Origin: Candidatus Saccharibacteria bacterium CPR2 | GTDB taxonomy: Bacteria; Patescibacteriota; Saccharimonadia; Saccharimonadales; QWHN01 | Direction of reading: 5' to 3' | NCBI GenBank assembly: GCA_021404905.1 | Contig: QWHN01000001.1 | Coordinates: 258,810 to 322,809, forward strand | Length of the DNA: 64,000 nt | Made by a program: the position numbers and the translations under genes | Notes under the pieces: generated by a model | The model's database searches: none | What the model was told of the DNA's origin: nothing | The model's input: only the letters and a program-made list of their open reading frames with translations | Shown: positions 10,144 to 18,662 of the stretch, piece by piece | Layout: the number at the start of each line of letters is the position of its first letter | Position numbering within the stretch: position 1 is the first letter of the stretch

Positions 10144-10470
10144 TTAATTCTTAGTTTTTGCTTTCGCAGTTTTCTTAGGAGCAGATTTTTTTGTCGCCGG
10201 AGATTTTCCGACAACTTCGCGGGTAATTTTTGTGTATTTTGCTTTCATCCGAGCCGTTTTATTCTTGTGATAGAGGTTTCTCTTGACTGCTTTATCTAAA
10301 ACACTATATACGGATTTAAGATTTTCCTCAGTTTTTTTCTTGTCTTTGGCTGCAACGTTAGCCTGAAGCGACTTGACTGCTTGCCGTACTTCACGCTTAA
10401 GCCGCACATTTCTGGTTGTGCGTTTTTGCTGTTGTTTAACTCGTTTTATGGCTGATTTAATTATCGGCAT
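10144..10470 (-). CDS. rpsT: 30S ribosomal protein S20
   Basis: MPIIKSAIKRVKQ…LYHKNKTARMKAK matches S20. Start set at the internal ATG (MPIIKS). It carries a Lys-rich C-terminal extension. Confidence 0.85.
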   Translation of the reverse strand: MPIIKSAIKRVKQQQKRTTRNVRLKREVRQAVKSLQANVAAKDKKKTEENLKSVYSVLDKAVKRNLYHKNKTARMKAKYTKITREVVGKSPATKKSAPKKTAKAKTKN

Positions 10471-10708
10471 AACTAACAGATGCAAACTATACCGCAACAT
10501 CCGTAATATGTAAAGGGTTATCAAGTGGAAATATTTAAAAGACCATATTATTAACATAATCCTCTTGAATATATGGGGTATGTATGGTAATGTATTTGGT
10601 GAACATCACTACAAAAATAAACAGATGTCAAAAATAAAAATCATTGGTTTAAATTCGCATAAGAGCAAAGTCGTTGCTTTAGTTAAACGCGGGAAACATT
10701 ATTAAAAA

Positions 10709-12379
10709 GTGGAACAAAACCCTAAGCAACAAGTTGTAGAATCGCTAAAGAACGCATCTAATGTGCTGGTAACGGTTAGTCGTGATCCAAACGTAGATGC
10801 ATTGTCGGCTGCGCTTGGTTTCACTTTGATGCTCAACAAACTAGACAAACACACGACAGCTTTAGTTAGCGGTAAGGTGCCCCACACGATGGAGTTTATG
10901 GATCCTCAGAAAACATTTGAGAATTCAGTGGATTCTTTGCGTGATTTCATTATCTCTCTCGATAAAAATAAAGCCGACAAGCTTCGTTATAAGGTTGAAG
11001 ATGATGTAGTTAAGATTTACGTAACCCCTTATAAAACTCAAATTACCAAAGAAGACATTCAATTTAGCCAAGGGGATTACAACGTTGATGTAGTAGTTGC
11101 TCTGGGCGTTGAAAAAAGAGAGGATCTTGATGAGGCGCTAAAAGTTCATGGCCGAATTTTGCATGATGCAACTATTTTGACGATTAATTCTGGTGATAGA
11201 CAAAGCGGTATTGGATCTATAAATTGGCAAGATCCTCAAGCAAGTTCTATTTGTGAAATGCTGGTTAGCATATCTGAAGCATTTCAGGGCGGTTTGCTTG
11301 ATGAACAAATAAGTACAGCCTTTCTTACTGGAATAATTGCTGCAACTAACAGATTTAGCAGTCAAAATACGACCCCAAAAATAATGACAATGGCTGCCCA
11401 GCTAATGGCGACTGGAGCCAATCAACAGTTAATTGCTAATAATCTTCAAACTAGTGATTTACCAACCAATATTAATAGCGAATCTAAGCTTGCTGGCGTG
11501 GGCTCCTCCAGTGCTAAACCGGAAGAGATAAAGCTTGTTCATGACGAGGGGGTTAAAGAAAGTAAAACTGAGAGCACACCACAATCAGTGAGTGAGGTTA
11601 TTCAATCTAAAATATCCGGTAGTGAACCAAATATTGAATATACTTCTTCTGAAGAAAAACCAGTAATGACACCCCTGAAAGAAGACGAAGCTCTAACTGA
11701 CCAAAAAATAACAGAACTTGAAGAGCAATTGCATGCTCATCAACCAGATGACACCTTAGATAACAATAAGTCCGCTCTAATCAGCAAGCCAAAAGGTTTT
11801 GGGCCTCAAGACATTGCGCCATCTCCACTTCTGGGCGGTACTTTTAACGCGACGGCTGCAGCGGCTCAAAACGCTAATGAAGAAGAGAAAACCAGTCCTC
11901 TAAATAAAACAGTTTTATCTCATAGCAACACCAGTCTTAGCGAAACAGATCAACAAGAAAAAGCCTTACCAGCAGCATCTGCGCCTGTGTTTAATGATCT
12001 TAATCAGAGCATGGTGGCAAAGGAGCCTGAGCCAAGTCCAGGTAAGCTCGAACAAACTAATGAAACTAATAGTTCTACAATGGACTTAGACTCAATAAGA
12101 AAAGAAGTTGAAGCTGCAACAAGCGGTGCGCAGCCGCAAGTTCCGTCTTTTCCTGAACCGTCCGTAACCCCAACTCCGCCATCTCCTGAATCAGGGATGA
12201 CTTTGAATATTCCTTCTCTCCCGCCTCAACCGCAACAAAATACAGATACTTTGCAAAATCAAGCGTTCCAGCTTCCCCCTCAACCTCCAACTACCAACCT
12301 AACTTCTCAACCAACTCTTGATAATAATCAAACAAACACCAATCCACCCCCAATAAGCACACCTCCGCCAACGTTTTGA
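10709..12379 (+). CDS. DHH/DHHA1-fold (NrnA-like) protein with degenerate catalytic motifs and a ~300-aa P/T/Q-rich disordered tail
   Basis: The N-terminal ~240 aa align in pattern with NrnA (RDPNVDALSA vs R-PDPDAYGS; GIIAATNRF vs GIVGDTGRF), but the DHH triad and GGGH motif are replaced (TINSGD; FQGGLL). The C-terminal half is low-complexity (…PQPPTTNLTSQPTLDNNQTNTNPPPISTPPPTF). GTG start. Confidence 0.55.
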   Translation: MEQNPKQQVVESLKNASNVLVTVSRDPNVDALSAALGFTLMLNKLDKHTTALVSGKVPHTMEFMDPQKTFENSVDSLRDFIISLDKNKADKLRYKVEDDVVKIYVTPYKTQITKEDIQFSQGDYNVDVVVALGVEKREDLDEALKVHGRILHDATILTINSGDRQSGIGSINWQDPQASSICEMLVSISEAFQGGLLDEQISTAFLTGIIAATNRFSSQNTTPKIMTMAAQLMATGANQQLIANNLQTSDLPTNINSESKLAGVGSSSAKPEEIKLVHDEGVKESKTESTPQSVSEVIQSKISGSEPNIEYTSSEEKPVMTPLKEDEALTDQKITELEEQLHAHQPDDTLDNNKSALISKPKGFGPQDIAPSPLLGGTFNATAAAAQNANEEEKTSPLNKTVLSHSNTSLSETDQQEKALPAASAPVFNDLNQSMVAKEPEPSPGKLEQTNETNSSTMDLDSIRKEVEAATSGAQPQVPSFPEPSVTPTPPSPESGMTLNIPSLPPQPQQNTDTLQNQAFQLPPQPPTTNLTSQPTLDNNQTNTNPPPISTPPPTF

Positions 12380-12391
12380 TTAGCAACTGGA

Positions 12392-12423
12392 AAATAGCAA
12401 TTCCCAATTCCCAATTGCTATTT
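12392..12423. repeat. perfect 11-bp inverted repeat (AAATAGCAATT / AATTGCTATTT) with a 10-nt CCCAATTCCC loop
   Basis: Read directly from the sequence. It lies between the stop of the DHH-like gene and truB, inside a TTCCCAATT-type repeat spacer. Confidence 0.5.
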
Positions 12424-12461
12424 CCCAATCATACTTCAACCCTTGCGTTATACTTGCAAAG

Positions 12462-13109
12462 ATGAATGAGATTGTATTAATAGACAAGCCAGTTGGATGG
12501 ACGTCTTTCGATGTGGTGGCAAAAATGAGAAATGAACTCAAAAAAAAGACTGGCAAGAAAGTAAAGATTGGCCATGCAGGCACCCTTGATCCGTTAGCAA
12601 GTGGATTATTGATCGTTCTTATCGGAGATGCTACTAAAAAGCAATTTGAGTTTATGAAACTCGACAAAACATATCAAGTTGAAGCAAAGCTGGGAGAAGT
12701 TAGTAGCACGGGAGACGAAGAGGGAAAGAAAGAATTTGTTTCAAATTTAATTCCTACCGAAGAACAAATAAAGCAAGTAATAAAAAAATTTACGGGTGAA
12801 ATCATGCAAAAACCTCCGGTATTTTCGGCGATAAAGATCAACGGAAAACGTGCCTATGAGTTGGCGAGGAGCGGTAAACAAGTAAAGTTAAAACCGCGAG
12901 CGGTTAAGATATATGAGTTTGATGATGTAATTTATAAGTATCCAAACTTATCTTTTACAGTTAGTGTTTCAAGTGGAACCTATATTCGCTCATTGGTCGA
13001 GGACATTGGCGACTATATTAAAACGGGTGCGTATACAAAATCTTTAAGGAGAATTTCGATAGGCAAATATAGAGTTGAAGATGCCAAGCCAATTAATGAA
13101 AAGTATTGA
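12462..13109 (+). CDS. truB: tRNA pseudouridine-55 synthase
   Basis: [14 protein letters not shown] catalytic-Asp motif. truB-rpsO-pnp synteny. TATACT lies 7 nt upstream of the ATG. Confidence 0.9.
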   Translation: MNEIVLIDKPVGWTSFDVVAKMRNELKKKTGKKVKIGHAGTLDPLASGLLIVLIGDATKKQFEFMKLDKTYQVEAKLGEVSSTGDEEGKKEFVSNLIPTEEQIKQVIKKFTGEIMQKPPVFSAIKINGKRAYELARSGKQVKLKPRAVKIYEFDDVIYKYPNLSFTVSVSSGTYIRSLVEDIGDYIKTGAYTKSLRRISIGKYRVEDAKPINEKY

Positions 13110-13144
13110 TTAATAGGGGTGATCCTGCTATAGTAGTGGCTCGT

Positions 13145-13411
13145 ATGCTAAAAGGTGAAGAAAAAAGCAAGATAATTGCTGGTTTAGGTCAGCACAAGAA
13201 AGACACTGGTTCAACAGAGGTCCAGATTGGTATTTTGAGCAGAAGAATTCAGGAACTTACTGAACATTTGAAGCAACACAAGAAAGATCATCATTCGCGA
13301 AGAGGTCTACTCCAAATGGTTGGGAAGCGTAAGAGGCTAATAGCTTATCTTAAAAAACGTGATTTTTCAGCATACCAGGCTTTGATTCAGAAATTAGGCC
13401 TTCGTTCTTAA
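13145..13411 (+). CDS. rpsO: 30S ribosomal protein S15
   Basis: …[48 protein letters not shown]… matches S15. Start set at the internal ATG (MLKGEEK). Confidence 0.9.
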   Translation: MLKGEEKSKIIAGLGQHKKDTGSTEVQIGILSRRIQELTEHLKQHKKDHHSRRGLLQMVGKRKRLIAYLKKRDFSAYQALIQKLGLRS

Positions 13412-13579
13412 ATTTGTGAACGGTTGAGGGTTGTATCTCAAGCATCTTATAAAAAGAGTAGTTTTGGTGTAGAATGCTCTAATAAGGTAAAAATCTTGAG
13501 TGGCGAGGCATCAGATATTTCCAAGTAAGTAGGGAGATATTTGCACCTTGTTACTCAAGAAGAAAGGAATTGCCAGTTA

Positions 13580-15709
13580 ATGAGCAACATAAAAAATCCA
13601 ATGGGAAAACCCATTATTAAAGTTGAGACAGAATTTTGTTCTCGCAAACTTTCTTTAGAAATTAATAGGGTTGGTTTTAGAACCAGCGCGTCAGTCATAG
13701 CAAGATATGGCGATACAGTTGTACTCGGAACTGCTATGGTTAGCGATAAGCCGGCAGAAAATTGCGATTATTTTCCCCTAAGTGTTGATTATGAAGAAAA
13801 AATGTATGCGGCCGGTAAAATTTCCGGTAGTCGCTTTATTAAAAGAGAAGGTCGGCCTAGCGACGAAGCAATTCTAATTGGCAGATTGATAGATCGGCCC
13901 ATTAGACCCCTTTGGCCAAAAGGATATCGTAATGAAGTCCAGGGGGTAGCAACTGTTCTTAGCATGGATCCAGAATTCCGTCCGGACATGATAGCCATGA
14001 TTGCTTTAAGTACGGCCTTTATGCTAACAGGCGCGCCTTTTGATGGGCCCGTTGCTGGTTTAAGGGTTGGCATGAACTCTGATGGTAAGTTTGAAGCATT
14101 TCTTTCTTCTGAAGAAATAAAAAACAGCAAACTAGACTTAGTCGTTGCTGGTAAAGACGGTGCCATAATGATGGTTGAAGCCGGGGCCAGCGAAGTTGGC
14201 GAAGAAGACATTACAGGAGCTTTGGAATATGCGCTAAAAACTATGAAACCGGCTCTTGATTTGCAAAAAGAGCTGGTGGAAAAAGCTCAGGTTAAAAAAC
14301 AAGAGTATGAATTAGCACTTCCAGATAAAGCTATACAGTCACAAGTTGAGTCTTGGGTTGAAGGGAAATTGGGTGAAAAACTGCGAGTAAATTTACCGGA
14401 AAGAAACGAACTGATTAATGAACTCGAAAAACAAATGGAAGAATTTTTCCTGGATAAACTCGGCGAAGAAGATTTCTTAGTAAAAAAGAAAGACTTAAAA
14501 GAAGCGTTTGCTCTTGCGGCACATAAAGACGTAAGACAAGGAATTGTTAAATCTCAGGCAAGGCCGGACGGAAGAAAATTTGATGAAATCAGGCCACTAT
14601 CCAGTGAAGTCGGGTTGTTACCTAGAGCGCACGGCTCAAGTTTATTTACCAGGGGTGTTACCCAGGCGCTAAACGTGGTGACGCTTGCGCCCCTAAGCTA
14701 TGCTCAGGTTGTAGATACAATGGAGCACGAAGGCGAGAGACGCTATATGCATCACTACAACGCTCCAGGCTATACAGTTGGAGAAGTGCGCAGACTAGGT
14801 TCTCCTGGCCGTCGAGAAATAGGGCACGGCTACCTAGCAGAACGGGCAATCGCGCCAGTTTTGCCGGAAGAATCTGATTTTCCTTATACGATTCGCTCGG
14901 TAACGGAGATAATGAGCCAGAACGGTAGCACTAGCATGGCCGCGACTTGCTCGAGCTGTATGGCATTAATGGATGCCGGAGTGCCAATAAAAAGTCCGGT
15001 GAGCGGTATCGCGATGGGCTTGATTATGGAAGACGCCAAACCCTATATACTGAGTGATATTGCTGATGCTGAAGATTTTGCAGGAGACATGGATTTCAAA
15101 GTTGCTGGTACCACTAACGGAATCACGGCTCTTCAGATGGATATGAAAGTTCATGGACTTCCCATAGAAGTTCTAAAAATAGCTCTTGATAAGGCAAAAA
15201 TCGGCAGAGCAAAAATTCTTGAGCACATGCTTTCTGTAATCGAAAAACCACGCAGCGAAATCAGTCCTTACGCTCCTAGAGTTGAGTCGATAAAAATTAA
15301 TCCAGATAAAATTCGAGAGGTAATAGGTAAGGGCGGAGAGACAATTAACAAGATCATCAAAGAAACCGGCGCTGAAATTGATATCGATGATGATGGAACA
15401 ATTGCCGTATCTGCAATAGATAAAACCTCAATAGATAATGCGATTGCTTATATCAAACGGTTAACAGCCGAACCTGAGGTAGGAAAAATATATGATGGTA
15501 AAGTTGTAAAAGTAGTTGATTTTGGAGCTTTTGTTGAAATTATGCCCGGGAAAGAAGGCCTTGTGCATATATCAGAAATGGCTGATGAGAGAGTAAAAAA
15601 TAGCAGCGATGTAGCCAAACTAGGCGACACCGTAAAAGTTAAACTAACTACGATAGATGACCAAAATCGTCTAGTGTTATCCATGAAACGAGCAAACGGG
15701 AAAGATTAA
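13580..15709 (+). CDS. pnp: polynucleotide phosphorylase (PNPase)
   Basis: Two RNase PH domains, KH (IREVIGKGGETINKI) and S1 (GKVVKVVDFGAFVE) domains. Start set at MSNIKNP, which has an SD-like GAAAGGA upstream. Confidence 0.95.
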   Translation: MSNIKNPMGKPIIKVETEFCSRKLSLEINRVGFRTSASVIARYGDTVVLGTAMVSDKPAENCDYFPLSVDYEEKMYAAGKISGSRFIKREGRPSDEAILIGRLIDRPIRPLWPKGYRNEVQGVATVLSMDPEFRPDMIAMIALSTAFMLTGAPFDGPVAGLRVGMNSDGKFEAFLSSEEIKNSKLDLVVAGKDGAIMMVEAGASEVGEEDITGALEYALKTMKPALDLQKELVEKAQVKKQEYELALPDKAIQSQVESWVEGKLGEKLRVNLPERNELINELEKQMEEFFLDKLGEEDFLVKKKDLKEAFALAAHKDVRQGIVKSQARPDGRKFDEIRPLSSEVGLLPRAHGSSLFTRGVTQALNVVTLAPLSYAQVVDTMEHEGERRYMHHYNAPGYTVGEVRRLGSPGRREIGHGYLAERAIAPVLPEESDFPYTIRSVTEIMSQNGSTSMAATCSSCMALMDAGVPIKSPVSGIAMGLIMEDAKPYILSDIADAEDFAGDMDFKVAGTTNGITALQMDMKVHGLPIEVLKIALDKAKIGRAKILEHMLSVIEKPRSEISPYAPRVESIKINPDKIREVIGKGGETINKIIKETGAEIDIDDDGTIAVSAIDKTSIDNAIAYIKRLTAEPEVGKIYDGKVVKVVDFGAFVEIMPGKEGLVHISEMADERVKNSSDVAKLGDTVKVKLTTIDDQNRLVLSMKRANGKD

Positions 15710-15756
15710 GTATTAAAGAAAAGCCTCAGGCTAAGTGAGTAAATAAATTAGGTAAA

Positions 15757-16386
15757 ATGCCGCAGAATAAGTCAGAGATTTTGGCTCAAATCGAAGCAGA
15801 TATTATAAGCGATAATATCTGCGAAAATTTGGCCCAAACAGCCAAGAACCTTGTCATGGGCGAGGGTAGCTTAGATGCTCGAATTATGTTTATTGGTGAG
15901 GCTCCGGGGAAGACTGAAGACGAGCTTGGTCGGCCATTTGTAGGTGCTGCTGGTAAATTTCTTGATGAAATGCTCGATATGATAGACATGAAACGTAGTG
16001 ATGTCTACATAACCAATATAGTTAAATATCGCCCGCCTAATAATCGAGATCCAGAACCAGTAGAAAAACGTGCCTTTTTGCCATATCTGGTTAGACAAAT
16101 AGAAGTCATTCAACCAAAAGTTGTCGCTACGCTCGGAAAACATTCAATGAATCTATTTTTACCGGATATGCAGGTCTCAAAAATTCACGGTCAACCCAAG
16201 AGAATCAAGCTTCACTTGACTAATAAAGAGCAAGAAACAGGAAATAAGGACAACCAAAATACATTGGTCATCCTACCCTTGTATCACCCGGCGGCTGCAC
16301 TATATAACGGCGCAATGCGCTCTACGCTCTTAGAAGATTTTAAAAAGATCCCAAAAATTTTAGAAATTATCAACAAAAATAATTAA
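15757..16386 (+). CDS. uracil-DNA glycosylase, family 4
   Basis: GEAPG motif (MFIGEAPGKTEDELGRPFVGAAGKFL) and YITNIVKYRPP motif. Confidence 0.8.
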   Translation: MPQNKSEILAQIEADIISDNICENLAQTAKNLVMGEGSLDARIMFIGEAPGKTEDELGRPFVGAAGKFLDEMLDMIDMKRSDVYITNIVKYRPPNNRDPEPVEKRAFLPYLVRQIEVIQPKVVATLGKHSMNLFLPDMQVSKIHGQPKRIKLHLTNKEQETGNKDNQNTLVILPLYHPAAALYNGAMRSTLLEDFKKIPKILEIINKNN

Positions 16387-16404
16387 AAAGAAAGGAAATA
16401 ACGA

Positions 16405-18387
16405 ATGAACAAACAAGGCAATCAAAATAACAGACAACCAGATTCTAAAAACAATAAGAATCAACCAAAAGTTTTATTACAAACTAACGCACGGCGCGGT
16501 GAAGTGCAAGCGGCCTCTCGTCGTAATAGTGAGCTAGTTAACAAAAAAGCCTCGCAGCACATTATCGATATTCCTGTCAACAAATCGCCATTTAATGGTC
16601 TGGAAGGACGGCAATTCTCAGCTAGTGATCAAAAAAGAGTCATCACACTGCCAATCAAGCGAGAAAAAACTCTGAAAATAATTCCTATGGGCGGGCTTGG
16701 CGAAATGGGGATTGGTAAAAATATGACCGCAATTCAGTATGAAGACGAAATTATAGTCATAGATATGGGCATGTTATTTCCTGGCTCAGATTACCCCGGA
16801 ATTAATTACATTATTCCGGATACAAAATGGCTTGAAGAGCGTAAGAGTCAAGTGAAGGCTTTATTATTCACTCACGGGCATCTTGATCATATCGGCGCCT
16901 TTAAACACATTGTGCAAAAATTGAATGCGCCGGTTTACAGTACAAAATTTACTAACAATATGATGGAGCGGCAGCTTAAAGAAATTGAAGGTAGCGTAAA
17001 ACCATTCTTCAATAATGTAAACCCCGATACGCACGAAAAGATAAGAGTTGGGAAGCACTTTAGTATTGAATTTGTTAGAGTCAACCACTCCATACCGGAT
17101 AGTACAGCTATTATTATCCGGACCCCAATAGGGAATGTACTGCATAGTGGAGACTGGCGTTTTGAGAGAGATCCTATCGATGAAAAGCAATTTGATAAAA
17201 CCAGACTGAGCGAGGTTGCAGCCAAGGAAGGTTTCCTTGTAATGCTCAATGAAAGCACAAACTGTGAAGTAGAAGGTAGAAACGACCACTCGGAGAAAGA
17301 AATTGGAGAATCTTTCGACCAGCTTATGAAAAGGGAAGGTAGAATAATTATTTCATCTTTTTCTTCTCAGCTTCATCGTATTCAATCAATTCTTGAAGCT
17401 GCAAAGAAGAATGGCAGAAAAGTAGCCTTTAGTGGTCATAGTATGATACAGAACCTGGAAGTTGCCCTGAGAAGTAACGTTATACGGGTACCAAGCGATG
17501 TCATTATGAAAATGGAAGATATTATCAAACTGCCTGACAGACAAGTTACGGTTGTTTGTACCGGTTCTCAGGGTGAATTCGATGCGGTATTGGCGCGCAT
17601 GATTACAGGAAATCACAAGCACATTAAAGTAAAGAATACAGATACGATTGTACTAAGTTCTAACCCAATCCCCGGCAATGAACAATTTGTTGTTCGTACT
17701 GTTGATGGGTTGATGCGCGAGGGTTCTGATGTGGTTCAAAACAGGACAAGGCACCTCGATGATTGTGGTTTATTGCACATGTCCGGCCATGGAAGTTATG
17801 ATGACCATGTCGAATTAATTGAAATTGTAAATCCAAAATACTACGTTCCAATCCACGGTGAATTCCATATGCTTAATCATAATGCTGAGCTTGCCGTTAA
17901 TAGTGCCCGTATTGCGAAAAACCATGTCTTTGTTCTAGATAATGGTGACATTTTGGAATTAACTAAAAATGATGCTGCTCGTACTGGCAGAATCCCAGTC
18001 GGCGGGGTTATGTATGACCGAGCTGGCAGCGAAGTATCTGAAGTAGTACTCAAAGACAGAATTCATATGTCCCACGAGGGTATGTTTATAGTTGTATTGA
18101 CGGTTAGTAAAAAAACTGGACGTCTGCTAACGAGCCCAGATATTATTTCTCGAGGTTTTATCTATCTGCGAGATAGCGAAGAGATTATTAACACTATTCG
18201 TACATATTTAAGGCAGAAAATTACTCAGGAATATGCCGCCAAACCAAAAGTAGATATTGATGACCTTAAGAAATCTGTCAGAGAAGATGTTGCGCACATA
18301 TTGTTTGATAAAACTTCAAGAACCCCAATAGTCATTCCAGTCATTAATGAAATAGAAACGTCTTTACAATCCAAGCCCGCGAGTTAA
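16405..18387 (+). CDS. rnj: ribonuclease J (metallo-beta-lactamase/beta-CASP)
   Basis: HGHLDHIG motif, beta-CASP region and C-terminal domain. It has a ~90-aa N/K/Q-rich N-terminal extension. An SD (AAAGGAAA) is present. Confidence 0.9.
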   Translation: MNKQGNQNNRQPDSKNNKNQPKVLLQTNARRGEVQAASRRNSELVNKKASQHIIDIPVNKSPFNGLEGRQFSASDQKRVITLPIKREKTLKIIPMGGLGEMGIGKNMTAIQYEDEIIVIDMGMLFPGSDYPGINYIIPDTKWLEERKSQVKALLFTHGHLDHIGAFKHIVQKLNAPVYSTKFTNNMMERQLKEIEGSVKPFFNNVNPDTHEKIRVGKHFSIEFVRVNHSIPDSTAIIIRTPIGNVLHSGDWRFERDPIDEKQFDKTRLSEVAAKEGFLVMLNESTNCEVEGRNDHSEKEIGESFDQLMKREGRIIISSFSSQLHRIQSILEAAKKNGRKVAFSGHSMIQNLEVALRSNVIRVPSDVIMKMEDIIKLPDRQVTVVCTGSQGEFDAVLARMITGNHKHIKVKNTDTIVLSSNPIPGNEQFVVRTVDGLMREGSDVVQNRTRHLDDCGLLHMSGHGSYDDHVELIEIVNPKYYVPIHGEFHMLNHNAELAVNSARIAKNHVFVLDNGDILELTKNDAARTGRIPVGGVMYDRAGSEVSEVVLKDRIHMSHEGMFIVVLTVSKKTGRLLTSPDIISRGFIYLRDSEEIINTIRTYLRQKITQEYAAKPKVDIDDLKKSVREDVAHILFDKTSRTPIVIPVINEIETSLQSKPAS

Positions 18388-18389
18388 CG

Positions 18390-18656
18390 TTACGCATAGA
18401 GTATAGATGTTAGGAAACAGCAATTAGGAAATAGGAATTAGTTTTTAAAAATATACTATTTTCTATTTCCCAATTGCTAGTTTCTAGTTGCTAATTCCCA
18501 ACTTCTAGTTTTCAATTTTCATTCGCTTGGTAGCGAATCAATTTCCAAATTCTTTTTGCTAGTTTCCTAATTTCTAATTTCTAGTTGCCAATTCCTAATT
18601 GCCAATTGCTATTTTCCAGTTGCTAGTTACTAATTCCTGGCCCAATACTCTATACT
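18390..18656. repeat. AT-rich intergenic spacer built from reiterated short oligomers (TTCCYAATT, TTCTAGTT, TTGCYARTT)
   Basis: 267 bp of visibly reiterated 7-9-mers between RNase J and ftsK. It ends in AATACTCTATACTGTGCTT-ATG. Confidence 0.6.
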
Positions 18657-18662
18657 GTGCTT

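Noticed and set aside
13789-14211. Numerous antisense or overlapping ORFs of 60-140 aa nested in well-supported genes. Examples: 1208-1414, 4919-5125, 7055-7261, 7258-7470, 8968-9183, 11138-11365, 13789-14211, 16864-17289, 19286-20128, 24302-24637, 25624-25929, 30727-31248, 31938-32234, 40361-40768, 41488-41997, 44258-44491, 53672-54007.
   Set aside because: Each lies inside and opposite to (or out of frame with) a gene with strong family evidence. The translations are low-complexity or hydrophobic with no motifs. These are typical spurious ORFs.
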